The notes under the pieces: model-generated
What the model saw: only the letters and a program-made list of their open reading frames with translations
Told to the model about the DNA's origin: nothing
The model's database searches: none
Position numbers and translations under genes: made by a program
Assembly: GCA_964270895.1 (NCBI GenBank)
Contig: OZ185440.1
Strand: one strand, 5' to 3'
Length of the DNA: 64,000 bases
Source of the DNA: Podarcis filfolensis
Taxonomy: Eukaryota
Part shown: piece after piece, positions 10,794 through 23,743 of the stretch
Numbering within the stretch: position 1 is the stretch's first letter
How the letters are laid out: every line of letters starts with the position of its first letter

Positions 10794-11880
10794 GTAAGTG
10801 TTTGAAACAGTACAGGCAGGCTTGGCTTTTCTTTCTGGGAGAAGTCCCAGTTTGATTTTATTATTTATTTGTTTTTTTAATAAAAATATTTTCATATCAC
10901 TGTATCACAGCAGTTTACAACAATATAAAAGTATTATTAACAATATACAGTATTGTTTATTTGGGAAGAGAGCATGTCTTTGTGGAAATGTGAATGAACA
11001 TGCTTCCTTTGCTTTTTGTCCATTTTCATTGTTCTTTGTAGGGCATTCTTGGCAAGGAATTGGGTTATAGGAACAAGAAAGGAGCAGGAGATCTGTGGGG
11101 TCAAGACAGGGGGGTGGAAGTTTTGAGAGTGTTCAGTGTGACCATGTGTTGACTCTTGTGAACACCTGGAGGCTGTGCTTCCCCTTCCATGCTTTCTGTG
11201 AAAACAGTGTGCCTTTCTAGCCCTTAGGTGTTCTGAAGATAGTTCAAAACACAGATGCAGCATGAACGTTTGATTTTTGGGGTCAACCTCTGATAACCAT
11301 GGTATTGTGCACATTGTACGGGTATCCTGTACTGATGCTTTTCTCAGCAACATATCATTGTGATTTGTTTACCAGCTGCATTTGCAGCATAATGGCTGTG
11401 ATCCAGAAAGCAGTGTGACCTGCTCCACGCACACGACTGAGCATTTGTATTCCCATCTCTTCTGCTGCCCAAATTGAAATCCTCCTGGGCTGTCTGATAA
11501 GCTGCCTTTGGGAAGGGCTGGGGTTTGCAGTGTAGTGGACCTGAAAGCAAACATCTGTCACCCTTAAAGGAGCTGTCTGAATCAGAGTCCATGATAAGGA
11601 GAATCTGTAGTAGGATTAGCTTTGCAATTGCCTGTCTTTCTGTCTATTAGGGAAGTGGCTCATCTGCTGGGAGTCCACAGGGGAGGGGAAATTGCTACTG
11701 ATAGTAAAGATTCCTTAGCTTTGCAAGAATATATTTGGAAGTGGGTGGGGCTGGGTATGCAGATGGGGAATCCTGAGAAGGGAACGGAAATAATTTGTCC
11801 CATCCACAAGGAGCTTCAAGACCCGCCCCCTCACCAGTTGCTTTAAGGGTGGTATGGGTCTGAGCTCTCCCTTTTCTTGA

Positions 11881-11985
11881 AATAATAAGAATAATAATTT
11901 ATTATTTATACCCCGTCCATCTGGCTGGGTTTCTCCAACCACTCTGGGCGGCTCCCAACAGAATTAAAAGCACATAAAAGATATG
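11881..11985 (-). mobile_element. L2 LINE 3' end fragment
   Basis: (AAT)n tail plus TTTATACCCCGTCCATCTGGCTGGGTTT...GGGCGGCT; similar stub near 19690-19740. Confidence 0.6.
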
Positions 11986-12497
11986 GCAACTCTAAAAAAT
12001 TTACTTAACACCATCAGAACCACAATTGGCATGGAAGGGGTATTAAACCTTGGGAGGGGGGGACTCTCATACCCTAACTGTTGCCCTGGGGCAAAGAGAG
12101 ACTGAGATGGTATTCAGGGCCTAAGTTTCCTGCCCCGTGGGTTTAGTCTCTCTTCACCTGTTACTGTTATTGTTGAGGAAATGGTTCTTCCCACCCACAA
12201 ATAGTTCAGTTCTCCATGTGCATTTGGAAGGTTAAGACTCTTACCATTATTATTTATGTACAGTAGTTCATGCATACTGCAGTGTTCATTGGGTAAAAAG
12301 AATGGCAGGTTTCTATTCTAAGGGAGATTTTGGTCTTTTAATGAAAAAGAGGAAAGGAGCAAGATTTGAGCATCTGCGTTTCAAATGAGTGCAGTTGCAC
12401 ATTCTTTGCTTCCTTTCGGATTGGCTTATAGGAGGAACTTGAGAGGCCATCTGTTTTCAATTATCCTGCATTCAGCTGTATTTCTTATTGGTCACAG

Positions 12498-12660
12498 AGA
12501 TATACGCCTCTTAATACTTGAGCACGGCAGGTGGTCTATGACGGACAAATATGAGACACTTATGAAGGGCCTTTCTGTAGATTCTCTACTATTGTTTGTG
12601 AAGGCTTTCAAATCCCAGCTCTTTGCAGAAGGCCTTGTCCAAGGAAACTTCACAAGCACT
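12498..12660 (+). CDS. NRDC: Nardilysin exon DIRLLILEHGRWSMTDKYETLMKGLSVDSLLLFVKAFKSQLFAEGLVQGNFTST
   Basis: EGLVQGN motif; AG/GTGAGT flanks. Confidence 0.97.
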
Positions 12661-13576
12661 GTGAGTATAGACCTATCAGCTTCATCTGCCTCTGTGAACG
12701 ATCCTTTATTTTGATGATTAACAGCTAGTAGTAGCATAGGCTTATTCATCTATGACTTGCCACGCTAGTACCACAGCACAGCAGCTAGTGGTGTTTGCAA
12801 CCTCCATGTTGATGGTATCTGTTTGTTGTTGCTTTAGGACCAAACCTTGCAGAATAGAGTCCATCAAAAGGCTATGGCTAGAAAATCCACTCAACGTGAG
12901 AGAGCAGTTGTGCAGCTTCAAAGGAAGGCTACTTTTCTGTGCAAACAGTCAATGTGAAGGGAATTCATATTGCTATCTGTCCTCTGCTTGTGCTGGTCTA
13001 AGCGCCTGGAAGATTCTCATGCCACTCTTGGAGTGATGACACTCTGCTTATATTGCATGTGTTGAGACTGATACCTGGGAAAGTGTTTCCACATGAGACA
13101 TCACTCAGCTCTCTTTGAAGTTCAGTGAAGGATTTGCAGGATGTTTTGGACTCCATGAAGCTTTGCTGCTGTAGTGTGCTCTCTCACAATGTATTTGTTG
13201 TGTGGTCTGGGACAAAACGATTGGTGTTTACACAGAGTGGCCATTGGGTTGTCTCTTGGTCTCAAGGTTTTGAGGCAAAAAAAAAACCCAGTGTAATACT
13301 GGAAGGGCTTTTTTTCATGGTAGGAAAGTATCCTTAATAGGCTCATGTAAAGGCCAGTAAAGAATAATTTGGAAAATGACTAAGGATTATATATTGGTGG
13401 TAAGCATGAGTTGTTTCTTAGAGCCAGAAACCACAAATTGTTTCTATCCAATTTATTTCTTCAGTGCTGAGAACACCAGATTTAAGTGTGAGCAAAATAC
13501 TTTAGTTTTGTGTGGACTAATTTTGGCTTTGGGTACATATATTCAGAAATTAAAATACATATCATTTATCTTTAAG

Positions 13577-13608
13577 GAATCAAAAGAATTTCTGGATTAT
13601 GTTGTTCA
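13577..13608 (+). CDS. NRDC: Nardilysin 32-nt exon ESKEFLDYVV
   Basis: AG/GTAAGT flanks; corresponds to human ESMDFLKYVV; required for frame. Confidence 0.9.
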
Positions 13609-14239
13609 GTAAGTATATTTATACATTATATTAGAATATATATTAGGCTGTGAGGCATGACCAAAACTTGAATGGGAGAGATACCACTGAAAACTGGGAC
13701 TGCAAACCAGTTGAAAAGAATGCTAATTGATCTCATGAATATGATTGATTACCCTATCAGTTAAAATTATATATGAATAAAAAGAGTATTCCTGAAGCCA
13801 GAAGCATATTCTCTTTGGTTTTAGGTGGCATACAAGTGTTGTAGCAGGTGTCATCTTAGAGGTGTTCCCACCTGTGTGAAAAAAAGGTAGCGGTGCCTCT
13901 CTTAGGATGGTGTTTATATTAAACACACACTATCTGATCAACCTGGACACTTGTTTAGTCAGTTAAAAGGTTTTCTAAATGAATCTAACCAATTCATTTA
14001 TTAAACACTGCAGCCCTATTACAAACATAACTTCTTCCTAAATTAAGACCCAACCCATTCGGGTCATCAGCAACTGCCTCAAATTTAAGTTTTTCTCTTG
14101 TGGGTCTTCATCGATGTGATTTTTGTATTTTATGAAATAGACATGCTCACGTGTTTATAATATCTGAGCCTAGATCATACTGTGTATTGGGTTAAGGAGT
14201 GAGTTGACAGCTGACACTTTGATCTGTGGACTTTTTCAG

Positions 14240-14378
14240 AACATTGAGATTCCTTCCTTTGGTACATCCCTGTCCAGTTCAGTTCCGGGTGATGGACTTG
14301 CCCGGTGCTCATCTGCTGTGCAAAGTGAAGACCCTGAACAAAGGGGATGCAAATTCTGAAGTGACCGTCTACTACCAG
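14240..14378 (+). CDS. NRDC: Nardilysin exon TLRFLPLVHPCPVQFRVMDLPGAHLLCKVKTLNKGDANSEVTVYYQ
   Basis: LNKGDANSEVTVYYQ identical to recalled human sequence. Confidence 0.97.
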
Positions 14379-14680
14379 GTGCTGTGGTGCAAAGAGTGGG
14401 TGTATTAATTCCTTTATTATGCAATTGCTCCTCATAGTATGTGACCCTCCTTTATCACTTGAGAACTTGTTTCATAATCTGCACTGACATGGCAAATACA
14501 GTGGGCTTCTGCAAGCAGATGGAAACTTTGTACATGTAAAGATGTAGCTAGGAATAACTTTTGCTGCTAAACTCTGCTATAGAATGGAATCTAACATAGA
14601 AACTTTACAAGAAAGTGAGTGGCATAAATGTGGCAGTGGTTTGTCTACGGTGTTTACAAAATTCAGTAGCCATTTAAAAA

Positions 14681-14714
14681 GGTGGTATAGTTCAGTGGTA
14701 GAGCATTTGACTGC
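14681..14714 (+). pseudogene. 5'-half tRNA-Cys(GCA) fragment with flanking direct repeats
   Basis: GGTGGTATAGTTCAGTGGTAGAGCATTTGACTGC is 32/34 identical to the recalled vertebrate tRNA-Cys 5' half; no T-arm or B-box follows. Confidence 0.85.
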
Positions 14715-15386
14715 CATTTTAAAAACTTATCACATGGCAGCTTTAATCACATAAGGAGCCTGAAGTCTCTAGCTGAGCGTTGCCATTGCCCTACAACTTT
14801 TTGGAAATCCCAAGAGGTTGGGGGCCATGGTGACACCCTGCCCACACACTAAACATTATTGTGTCTTCTATTTCTCCCTAAGGGTAACTCACAACTTAAC
14901 TCACATTTAGCTTTTGTGCATGCAGCTTTACGTGCTTGGCAAAAAATACAATTGAAATGGGGTGGGTGTCTGGGAAAAAACACTTTGGCAATCCTACCTG
15001 CCGTTGATCCCGATGTGTTTTGACTTTTGGAATTTGGCTTTATGTGCTATCCCCTGAACGTAACCCTAGGCAGTTTAAGTTGGAAGTCAGCTGTATTTCA
15101 TAGCTGTTTCAGGAAACTGGTAATCCTCTCCTTACAGTGCAACTAGAAACTTCTAACTGTGTAGTCAGAGCTTCCATGTGTTGTGTTTAGCATGCTTTAC
15201 TCCCTTCCCTTGCATCCTAGTTCTGAGGTATAGGTGAGAGGTATAGGGCCTTTTATTATCGATTTGTCATGTATTTGGTGATTTAGAGAATTTTAGCATC
15301 TCTTCCCACTTTGGAGATAAACATATAGCATAACTTAAAACCCAAGCCTCATAGTGAATGAATTCTTTGTTATTGTTCCCTTTTAG

Positions 15387-15434
15387 TCTGGAGCTAGGAG
15401 TTTAAGAGAATATTCTCTCATGGAATTGCTTGTG
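15387..15434 (+). CDS. NRDC: Nardilysin exon SGARSLREYSLMELLV
   Basis: AG/GTAAGT flanks. Confidence 0.95.
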
Positions 15435-15667
15435 GTAAGTTTGGATTGCTTTCTAAAAACTGAAATAGGTTAATATCTGACCTTTCTAAGTGCAACTATA
15501 AAAATCACAACACTTGAGTGTAAATTCAGTTGGACAGCATAGTTGTTGCAAATCAAACCATAGAAGCCCATGTTTGGGATGTTTGTGCTGAAACTGTGCA
15601 GGGATAGTACAGAGTGTGGATGGAGAGGCAAAAGGGTGATTAATATGGGAACTGGTTGTTATACAAG

Positions 15668-15800
15668 GGAAGGACAATGGCTCAGTGATAGAGTACATGC
15701 TTGGCATGCAGAAAGCTCCTGGTTTGATCCCTGGTGTCTGTCTGGGAGACACCCCTAGTTAGACCTAATGGTCTGGCACATCATAAGGCCATTTCCTGTT
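15668..15800 (+). mobile_element. Degenerate tRNA-Ala-like SINE (Squam3-like)
   Basis: A-box TGGCTCAGTGATAG, B-box GGTTTGATCCC, 3' AATGGTCTG...ATAAGGC...TTCCT. Confidence 0.65.
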
Positions 15801-16147
15801 ACATGAAGTACACCTTGTTGACCTTTTTGAAGGCTCTTCCCAAATAATCAGTTCATTACATAGTCAATGTGCATTTCCAGAACACAGCCTACAACCTGAG
15901 CATTCACTTCCTGTTTTGTGAAGATACAAACTTTCCTAGCACAGGTGGGACTAGACACAAGTGATATAGTGCAAATTTTTGGGGGGCAAGTATTTTGTAT
16001 CTTAGGGTGATAAGCTGTTCTAATAGGTGGCTTAAAAATAGAAATCATTGCTTCATTTTGTTTCATCCGCCCTGAGCCTTAAATACTGCTTTTTATCTGG
16101 GAGGGAAAATGCAAAAATCCTGCTGTGATTGAAATACTTCGTTTCAG

Positions 16148-16200
16148 ATGTACATGGAAGAGCCTTGTTTTGACTTCCTGCGAACAAAGCAGACCCTGGG
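16148..16200 (+). CDS. NRDC: Nardilysin exon MYMEEPCFDFLRTKQTL
   Basis: FDFLRTKQTLGY motif; AG/GTAAGT flanks. Confidence 0.97.
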
Positions 16201-16254
16201 GTAAGTTTCCATTCAGCTGCCCTTTGGAAGTGAGATGTGTCAAGAAGGATGGGA

Positions 16255-16430
16255 GTGATCCAATAGACAACGTGTACTTGAACTTTCAAGAAGCCTTTGA
16301 TAAAATTCTACACCAAAGACTCCTGAGTAAGCTTTAGCAATCATGGGATGAAAGGGCAGGTTCTCTTATGGATCAGTAAATGGGTACAGTATAGGAATCA
16401 GAGACTAGATGGACCATTCTCACAATGGGT
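16255..16430 (+). mobile_element. CR1 LINE reverse-transcriptase fragment
   Basis: DPIDNVYLNFQEAFDKILHQRLLSKL resembles the CR1 RT motif YLDFxKAFDKVPHxRLL. Confidence 0.8.
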
Positions 16431-16877
16431 ATTGGGATTAGGGGAGAGCAGTTTCCAAACTGGGTGAATAAGCTTCAAAAAATGCAAATTTGGTTCAATT
16501 TCTGTAAGTGAAAAGTCATGTAGATTGAAGCCAAAAAAGTCCACACAGTATAGAACTGGCAGTGACTGACCAGAAAACCTTGGTGAAAAAGTTGACCCTC
16601 CTCACTCTGATGAAATAGAGAGACCTTAGAGTCAATAGCAGATTGATGTCACCTCTCTACTTTTTATCTGTAGTAACAAAACTAAAAGCCAACACTAAAA
16701 TGTTGAGGGTTTTTTGCAGTCTTCCTTCTTGGTAGAATTTTTAGGTGGCATGTGTACTGATGAAGCATTGAGGATAGGAATCTTAAGTTAGCATTCTTAG
16801 CTCATTATTATAGCATTCACATGAAACTTGATGTTTTGAATCATGCTTATGGAATGTGTCTTCTCTTTGGGCTTTAG

Positions 16878-16961
16878 ATACCATGTGTACCCAACTTGCA
16901 GGAATACATCTGGAATTCTTGGTTTCTCTGTTACAGTAGCAACACAGGCAACCAAATACAA
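16878..16961 (+). CDS. NRDC: Nardilysin exon YHVYPTCRNTSGILGFSVTVATQATKY
   Basis: AG/GTGAGT flanks. Confidence 0.97.
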
Positions 16962-18510
16962 GTGAGTTGCGCATTCTGTTAAAACTAATTTCACTGTTTT
17001 CATCAGGCCCTGTAAGCTCATTAGTTCTTCAGACATGACGTTTTAGATACAGCATTCTCAAAACAGGAAATACAAACTCTGGCCTGCATATTCTAATGTA
17101 TTCATCCTACAAAATAATATAATGCAATTTGCGGGGGGGGGGGGGAGTGCAATAAGTAAAAAGTTTTTTATTCTATCTTGCCTATGCAACAGCCGCTTTT
17201 TTTAATCATAAAGGTATTCCTTTTTCCTGTGTGTGACTGCCTGCCTCAGGTGTGCTCCACACACCTGTTTTTAAAATGTCTTTACATCGTATTTCACAGC
17301 ACTGTGGCTTTGTTTTTGTTGTGAGAGTAGTTTATAGTTTCTGTGTCATGTACCTCTCTATTCCAACGATAGGTACCCTGTAGCCTTCCAGATGTTGCTG
17401 GAATCTAACTTCCATCCAGCATGGTCAGAGATGCTGGGACGTGTAGTCCAACAACATCTGGAGAGCCACAGGCTATCCATTTCACCTTTGGTGCTGACAG
17501 GACAATGGTCTATCCACCTCACTCCTGTTAACTTACATACCTACATGCTTACTCTTGGTTTAACTGAGTATGGACTGTCTGCTGCTGTAATATATTGTAA
17601 TTTATAAATAAGGATCAGCAAAAAAAAAAAAAAAAAACCATGGACTGCAGAATGAGGAATAAATACTTGCTCTTTGACTCCTTGTTTCTACATTCTTTCC
17701 AGTCCAGGGTCTTCCTGTGGTTATACAGCATGGGGTTGCTCTTTTCCTTTCACTGGAATCCAGTGATTGCCAATGCCAGCACTTTTAAGTCCAGTGGATG
17801 CCAATTAACTCCACATTGCTGGTTCAAATAGGGACCCTGCTGGCGCTAGGAGAATGTGTCTGGTTCATCCTATCCCACCAGGCTATGAGCAGAACTTATG
17901 GCATGCTGATCTTAGCTCTCTAATGGGGATGTATTATAGTGAGCAGACCACCTGTTCAGCCCAAATCTATACACAGGTGCCAACCCTGACTTACACTGCC
18001 TTGAGGCTTGGATGCATATGGTAGTGACAGGATAGTGAATGTGGACTGCAGGTAGCCCTGTCCTACTATTTTAAGGGTTAGATTAGATCTCTTCCAACAG
18101 TAAAACATATCTAGCTTCTCCTTTATAACCTCTGCTGGTAATCAGCACCAGTCACAGGGTTACTAATGTAAAATTAAGCTTTGTAAAGCGAACTTAGGAA
18201 ACTTATTTTACCTAGGAGTTACTTTCCTGGAATGCTGGATTGCAGCTCAATTTTCCCATGGTGCAGGAAATAGTTTCTCTCTACTCCCAATTGAGATGGT
18301 GGTTTCCACAAGGCAATTTGTTGTGGTAAACTGGTATTCACAGTTAACATTCTGATAACATGCAAAAGCAAAATTCTAGAGCAATGCTCCAGTTTCTCAA
18401 AAATAGGCTTATACTTTTAGTAGAATTCAACTTCGTTTTGCGGAACTAAACTCTTGAATGCAACAGCCACAAGGAATAGATGTTTGAATATAAATTGTTC
18501 TTGCTTTCAG

Positions 18511-18601
18511 CTCTGAACTAGTGGATAAGAAGATAGAAGAATTTCTTTCATGCTTTGAAGAAAAACTCAAACAAATGTCAGAAGAAGCATTCAAGACACA
18601 G
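18511..18601 (+). CDS. NRDC: Nardilysin exon SELVDKKIEEFLSCFEEKLKQMSEEAFKTQ
   Basis: AG/GTAAGG flanks. Confidence 0.96.
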
Positions 18602-19289
18602 GTAAGGGGTTTAATAAGATGCTTCTTTATTGGAAAACATTTCTGGAAAACTAATAAAAGGACAGCTTGATCAGGTCATGCTCTTCTGTATATCCATCTA
18701 TGTGCCAGTAATAGTTTCAGGTTCGTTTTATTTATCTGAGGACCAGAAAACTTCACAGCTGGCGATTTGCAGAAATCAAAGAGGAGTCTTTGTCTGGTGG
18801 AGCATTCCACTGCCATAAAATGCCTAAGTGTGCAAGAGTCCTCTTGCTGCCTATGTTTTTGATGATGTGAGTAGAGGACATACAGACTAAAAAAAGGAAA
18901 CCTAGCTCCAGGCCACCTTACATTGTAACTACTGTTTTTGCTGCAGTGTGCTCAGCAAATTTTAATACACACCTTACTCGGCCATGTACCAGCTTCTCAA
19001 AATTGTCTTACTATACTATAATTTGATTCTTCACAGATATATGGCTGGAAACATAAGGTGGTGCTATGAACATGCACCAGCAAGGAGATAGTTTAGTCCA
19101 TATGTTCCACTCATTTACTTAAAGTATTTTTATATTTCTTTTCAATAAATTCTCAGAGAGGCTGAGAACTGTACTGCAAGTGGCCAAAATTTAGCCAAGA
19201 GAAGAATTAGTGTGAATGGGGCATCTTCAGTATTTTTTGTAGAAACAGCGACTGTGTGTGATTAGCGCGTCTTGTCTTTTCTACCCCAG

Positions 19290-19406
19290 GTCACAGCTCT
19301 CATTAAATTAAAAGAATGTGAAGATTCTCATCTTGGTGAGGAGGTAGATAGAAACTGGACAGAAGTAGTGACTCAGCAATATCTGTTTGACAGACTAGTC
19401 CGGGAG
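19290..19406 (+). CDS. NRDC: Nardilysin exon VTALIKLKECEDSHLGEEVDRNWTEVVTQQYLFDRLVRE
   Basis: AG/GT flanks; near identity to recalled human sequence. Confidence 0.98.
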
Positions 19407-20316
19407 GTAAATGACTTCTTTATTTTTAACAGCAGAATTCCTGCGTCGTTCAGGTTTCGAAAATCTCTTTAGACTAAGGTCTAAAGACTCCAAATAAGTA
19501 CTCCAAATAAATGTATCTAATGCTACTGGAATTATACCCATTATGGTGCCAGTGTGTCCACAAAAGGTCTCAGTAAGCACCCCTTCATAAATCCACAACA
19601 TACATTTGCACTGGCTGGGCTTCTCTGACACTGAACATGCCATGTTTAACAAGGTAAATAGGACTGGACAACCTACCCTCCATCTGTTCTGTTATAATAA
19701 TAATAATTTATTCTCCGCCCATCTGGGGGAGAGCAAGAGATTTTCTCTTTGTGAAGAGTATGGTGGTTGCTAATGTAGACCCCTTTTTTCCTACTGATGC
19801 GGGGAGCATGTGCACACGATTTATTGTCTTTTTCTACTCTTTTAGCTAATGTTAGCGGTCCTGAGAAGAGCAACTCAGAAGGCATCCCCTTTAAATATTT
19901 ACAAGATTGTATCCCAGCATTGAACTTGAACAACTGCAAAGGTCTATGAGCCAGCAGAATGTTTCTGCTAATTTATTTAATTCAAAGCCCGCCTTTTTGC
20001 AAGGAGCTCAAGGTATAGGATTTCCCCCTTCGATGGAAGGGGAAGAGTTTTTGCCAATTTACTGTTCACCCTGCAACTCTGATGTTCTAGAACTGATTTT
20101 GAGGGTACATTTGGAGGCTGCAGGGGGAGGGTAAATTGGCAAAAATAATACTTAAAACATTCCTCACTATCTGTTAGTGAGAAGAATGATGGTAGGTTCA
20201 GCTGTGTTCTGTACAGAGTTCATGGATAAAAGAAAATGGCCGGTGCTTTGGGCTAATTTACAGTAGTTGCATGTTAAGTAGGGTGTTATCATTTTAAACT
20301 ATTCCATCTTTTTCAG

Positions 20317-20406
20317 ATTGAAGCTCTAAAATCTCTTTCACAGTCTGAACTAGTTGACTGGTTTCAAGCACACAGAGGTAAAGAAAGGAAAGTGCTTAGT
20401 GTACAT
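20317..20406 (+). CDS. NRDC: Nardilysin exon IEALKSLSQSELVDWFQAHRGKERKVLSVH
   Basis: AG/GTGAGT flanks. Confidence 0.96.
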
Positions 20407-20947
20407 GTGAGTATTTATGCTTTTAAAAATGTATTTGTCAGGGTCAGCCGAGACTAATCTGTTTTGGAAGTCCCTGGCTTAGAGGCTGAGCACATATTTG
20501 TTGTTTCTGCAATTGTCAGAGCAGAGGTAGTTGAAGCTCTTTTTCTGCAAGGCTAGAAAGAAGCATTCAATCTACCCCCACAATACTTGTTTACTTATGG
20601 ATTGTTGTTTTTTGGTGGGGGTGCTGGGGGTGGGCAAGTAGGTACAAGGCGTTTGAGCTTCCAGTAAACAGTAGAAGCAACCAAAAGGCTCACTCAAAGG
20701 TTTAGCATTACAATCCTGGTTCTGTAGTAACTTGGATGTAGAATTGTAGATATGCAGAGCAGCTGAGTATAGAGCACTTGTAGCAGAGTAGAATATTAGC
20801 TGTTACTAAAGGAGTCATAGATCATGCAGGTACCCATGCCTGGTTTAGGGTGCATTTAGGAAAGTGAATCATAGTTATGGAGGTAAGGCTGCATTTTGTT
20901 TGTTGTGAAATTTATCAGCTGGTAACTTTGCTATTTTGAAATTGCAG

Positions 20948-21142
20948 GTGGTTGGATTTGGAATACATGAAGGTGATACAGAAGCTTCATCTCTCACTAA
21001 TGTTCACAGTCCCTCATGCAATGAAATACCTCAGCTAATGTTTTTGGACTCTTCGTCTTTGACCGATATCACTTGTATCAAGGACATCAAAGTGTATACA
21101 TCAGCACTCAATGTTCTCCCATACCATAAGATATTAAAATAA
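20948..21142 (+). CDS. NRDC: Nardilysin terminal coding exon VVGFGIHEG...LNVLPYHKILK-stop
   Basis: Matches human C-terminus LNLLPYHKIVK; TAA at 21140-21142. Confidence 0.96.
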   Translation: MVGFGIHEGDTEASSLTNVHSPSCNEIPQLMFLDSSSLTDITCIKDIKVYTSALNVLPYHKILK

Positions 21143-21373
21143 CTCATCTCGGAGTGCTATTAACGTGTGGTACAACTTCACTACTGAGCAGCTTGGGGAG
21201 TCTGCTTTACTACAATGAATCCAACCTATCATGCTTTCTGGAAAATACGTAGCATAATACCTTCCACTGTCTTAAGTAATCTGCTACATGCATGTCCTTG
21301 AAGAGAGAAGGCATAAGCAAGTGTGTTCTTGGTGAAGTGGGTAAAATATAGGAAGATTAAAATCTTACATCAA

Positions 21374-21658
21374 AATAAAGGGCTGGACCCACCAGCAATC
21401 TAATGTATTAGGTCTTTTTGTTTGGAGTGCTATTTACTTAGATAAAATGGGGTCAAGTTGAAGTATCGGGTATCAAGTCCCCAAGACGTTTGGTGTTTTG
21501 TTTGGGGAACAGAAGTGATTTAACAGGATTCTCTGGAGAGTAGTTGATTACTTAATAAATCTGCCTGTCTGTAACAACATCCTTGGCCTTAAAAAATGGA
21601 AATAAGAACCATTTGCATGAGAATTCAGGATGAGTGCTCAGATACCATGTGCAATAAA
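21374..21658 (+). terminator. NRDC: NRDC candidate poly(A) signals AATAAA at 21374, 21554 and 21653
   Basis: Three hexamers; U/GU-rich tracts follow the first (21411-21425) and third (21681-21690). Confidence 0.6.
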
Positions 21659-23743
21659 CTAATGAGATCTCAAGTTCTGGTTTTTTATGTACAGGCTGTT
21701 AGATGGACTGCAGAACCCCTTAACTTTGCATTAACTTTAATTTTAGAAAGTGTAGCCCTTGTTGAAGGAAATGCAATGCTGTTAATTTGATAACAAGTTT
21801 GGAAGACAGCCTACTTCAGCTCACAAGACCCTCCCTATATAAACAACTATATATACAGCTCAGGCCCTATAGATCATTTTCTAAATTGATTACCTGCAAT
21901 GGGACACATTCAATTGTGCATTCTCCTGTGGGTAACAGTTTGTCATATAAAGCTTTACAAAGACCAAAAACAAGCCAGACAGTTCTACTGAGTTTTTGAG
22001 GGAAAGGAGAACTCAAGACAGCCCATTCTGTACTGAGAGAATGGGTGGGATAGGGTGCCTAGGGCAGGCTAGCCTATCTGCAGCTTCTATATGCCCAAGC
22101 AACACCAGTGCATTCAGCTGGGGTGAAGAGGCTCTATAGGCAAAGTAATGTACACCACTTTACCCAGTCAGTCCCCGTCCTCCAGTAGAACAACAGTAAG
22201 CAACCGGACAGAAGGAAGTGATGCCTCAAATAACCCTATCACCCATTTTCAGTGCAGAGTAGGGGTTGTCTGGCTCCACCCCACCTCAGAGAATCTGCTA
22301 AACCCAAAACACAAGCTTGAATATGCTATATAGCCCCATTATACACAGCCTATAAAATGAGGCAGTGATTTTGTATAGAATTTAAGAGCAACCCATGACA
22401 ACTCTTAATCAGCTTGCTTCACCCAGCTTTCCTACCCAAATCAGCTCTTAGGCATCTCACCTAGCTAACTCAGCCCGTTGCACTCACAGACTGTCTCATA
22501 AAGGAAACAACCGACTATATACATTTGTCCCAGTACTACAAGAGTTTTCAATAGTGATTCTACAGTGGGTATTAGGCAGCTGCAGCACCAGAGTAAAAGC
22601 ACAAGTCACTCAGATTACCTTGATTCTGGATACAGCACATATTAAAGCAGTAGGAGTTTTTTTTTTTTTTTTTTGCTATTTAATCATAACTGGTCTTAGA
22701 TGGGTTGGTCACCCTACCAGAGCATTTGTGTTTTGCCTGTTATTGCCTATATAATGTTTCTGGCCAAGTCTAGTTACCAGTCTACAAGACTAAAGGAAAA
22801 AGAGAGGCCAGTAAAAGCCAGCCGACTGCGTTCAACGCAATTAGCAGAAACAGGAATGCAGTAAAATTGGTTTCAACACAAGTGCTTGGGTCAAATTGTG
22901 ACCAACCATCTTCTGAACTACCAGCACTGCTGAACAGAAGAACCTGGTTACTTAGATTGTGTTTGTAATCATATTTCAGATGACAACCGTATATATAAGA
23001 GGTTGCTTTTGTTTGCTTGTATCTCACATATTGCCCTGGGTTTTCAAGTGCATATGAGTATATCCCTGTTTAACAGCAAAACACATTCTTAGCATTGTTT
23101 AACTTGAATATAATGCTCTTTCAAAGCATTCTTGCTGTGAAAAGGTTTACTCTGGAATAAAACAATGCATACAATTGAAAATCTATTTTATGAAGCATTA
23201 TAGATGCACCAGCAGGAACCAAATGGTAATCTAAAATTACATTTTAGTTTCTAAAAATACCAAAGTTATTTTGGGGAAACAATGAAATGCCAAAAAAATG
23301 ATTTCTTAAAAAAAACCCAAAACATACCAGTTGGTAGATTAGAATCTTGCATTTTCTAAACTGGCAGAATGAATCCTCATATTTACACAAATTAACTGGC
23401 TCTAATGAAATAAAGTCATGTATTTGTAGGATGCCAGAATCATATGTAACTGGAATCAAATGCCCCATTGCACCTTTTACAGCAGTGGTTAAAACATATA
23501 TGATGGGGATCAAGCCCAGGTTAATTCTTCTAGAAGCATGGGAGGTCAGACAGGAAAGGCCAATATAAATTACTGCTACACAGTCAAGGCTCTTCCTGTT
23601 TTAATTGTTCGCTGCATCAGTGAATCCAGTATCCCTGAGATAGGAACTGTAACTGGAGGAGACAGGCTCTCCAAAAGAAGAGTACTTGAAAGTTACAACT
23701 ATCGCCACTAAGCCAAGGCTTCAACTTCATACAGGTGGTCCAC

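Noticed and set aside
11344-11600. Antisense ORFs (MDSDSDSSFKG...) in an NRDC intron; possible nested gene or retrocopy
   Set aside because: No recognisable homology, splice structure or TSD/poly(A)
14681-14714. Functional tRNA-Cys gene
   Set aside because: Only the 5' half is present; no T-arm, B-box or 3' acceptor strand
15668-15740. Functional tRNA-Ala gene
   Set aside because: Acceptor stem does not pair and the sequence continues into a SINE body
1-21142. Intronic miRNA (mammalian miR-761 is hosted in NRDC) or snoRNAs
   Set aside because: No matching hairpin or convincing C/D or H/ACA box arrangement seen in host orientation; a covariance-model search (Infernal/Rfam) would be decisive
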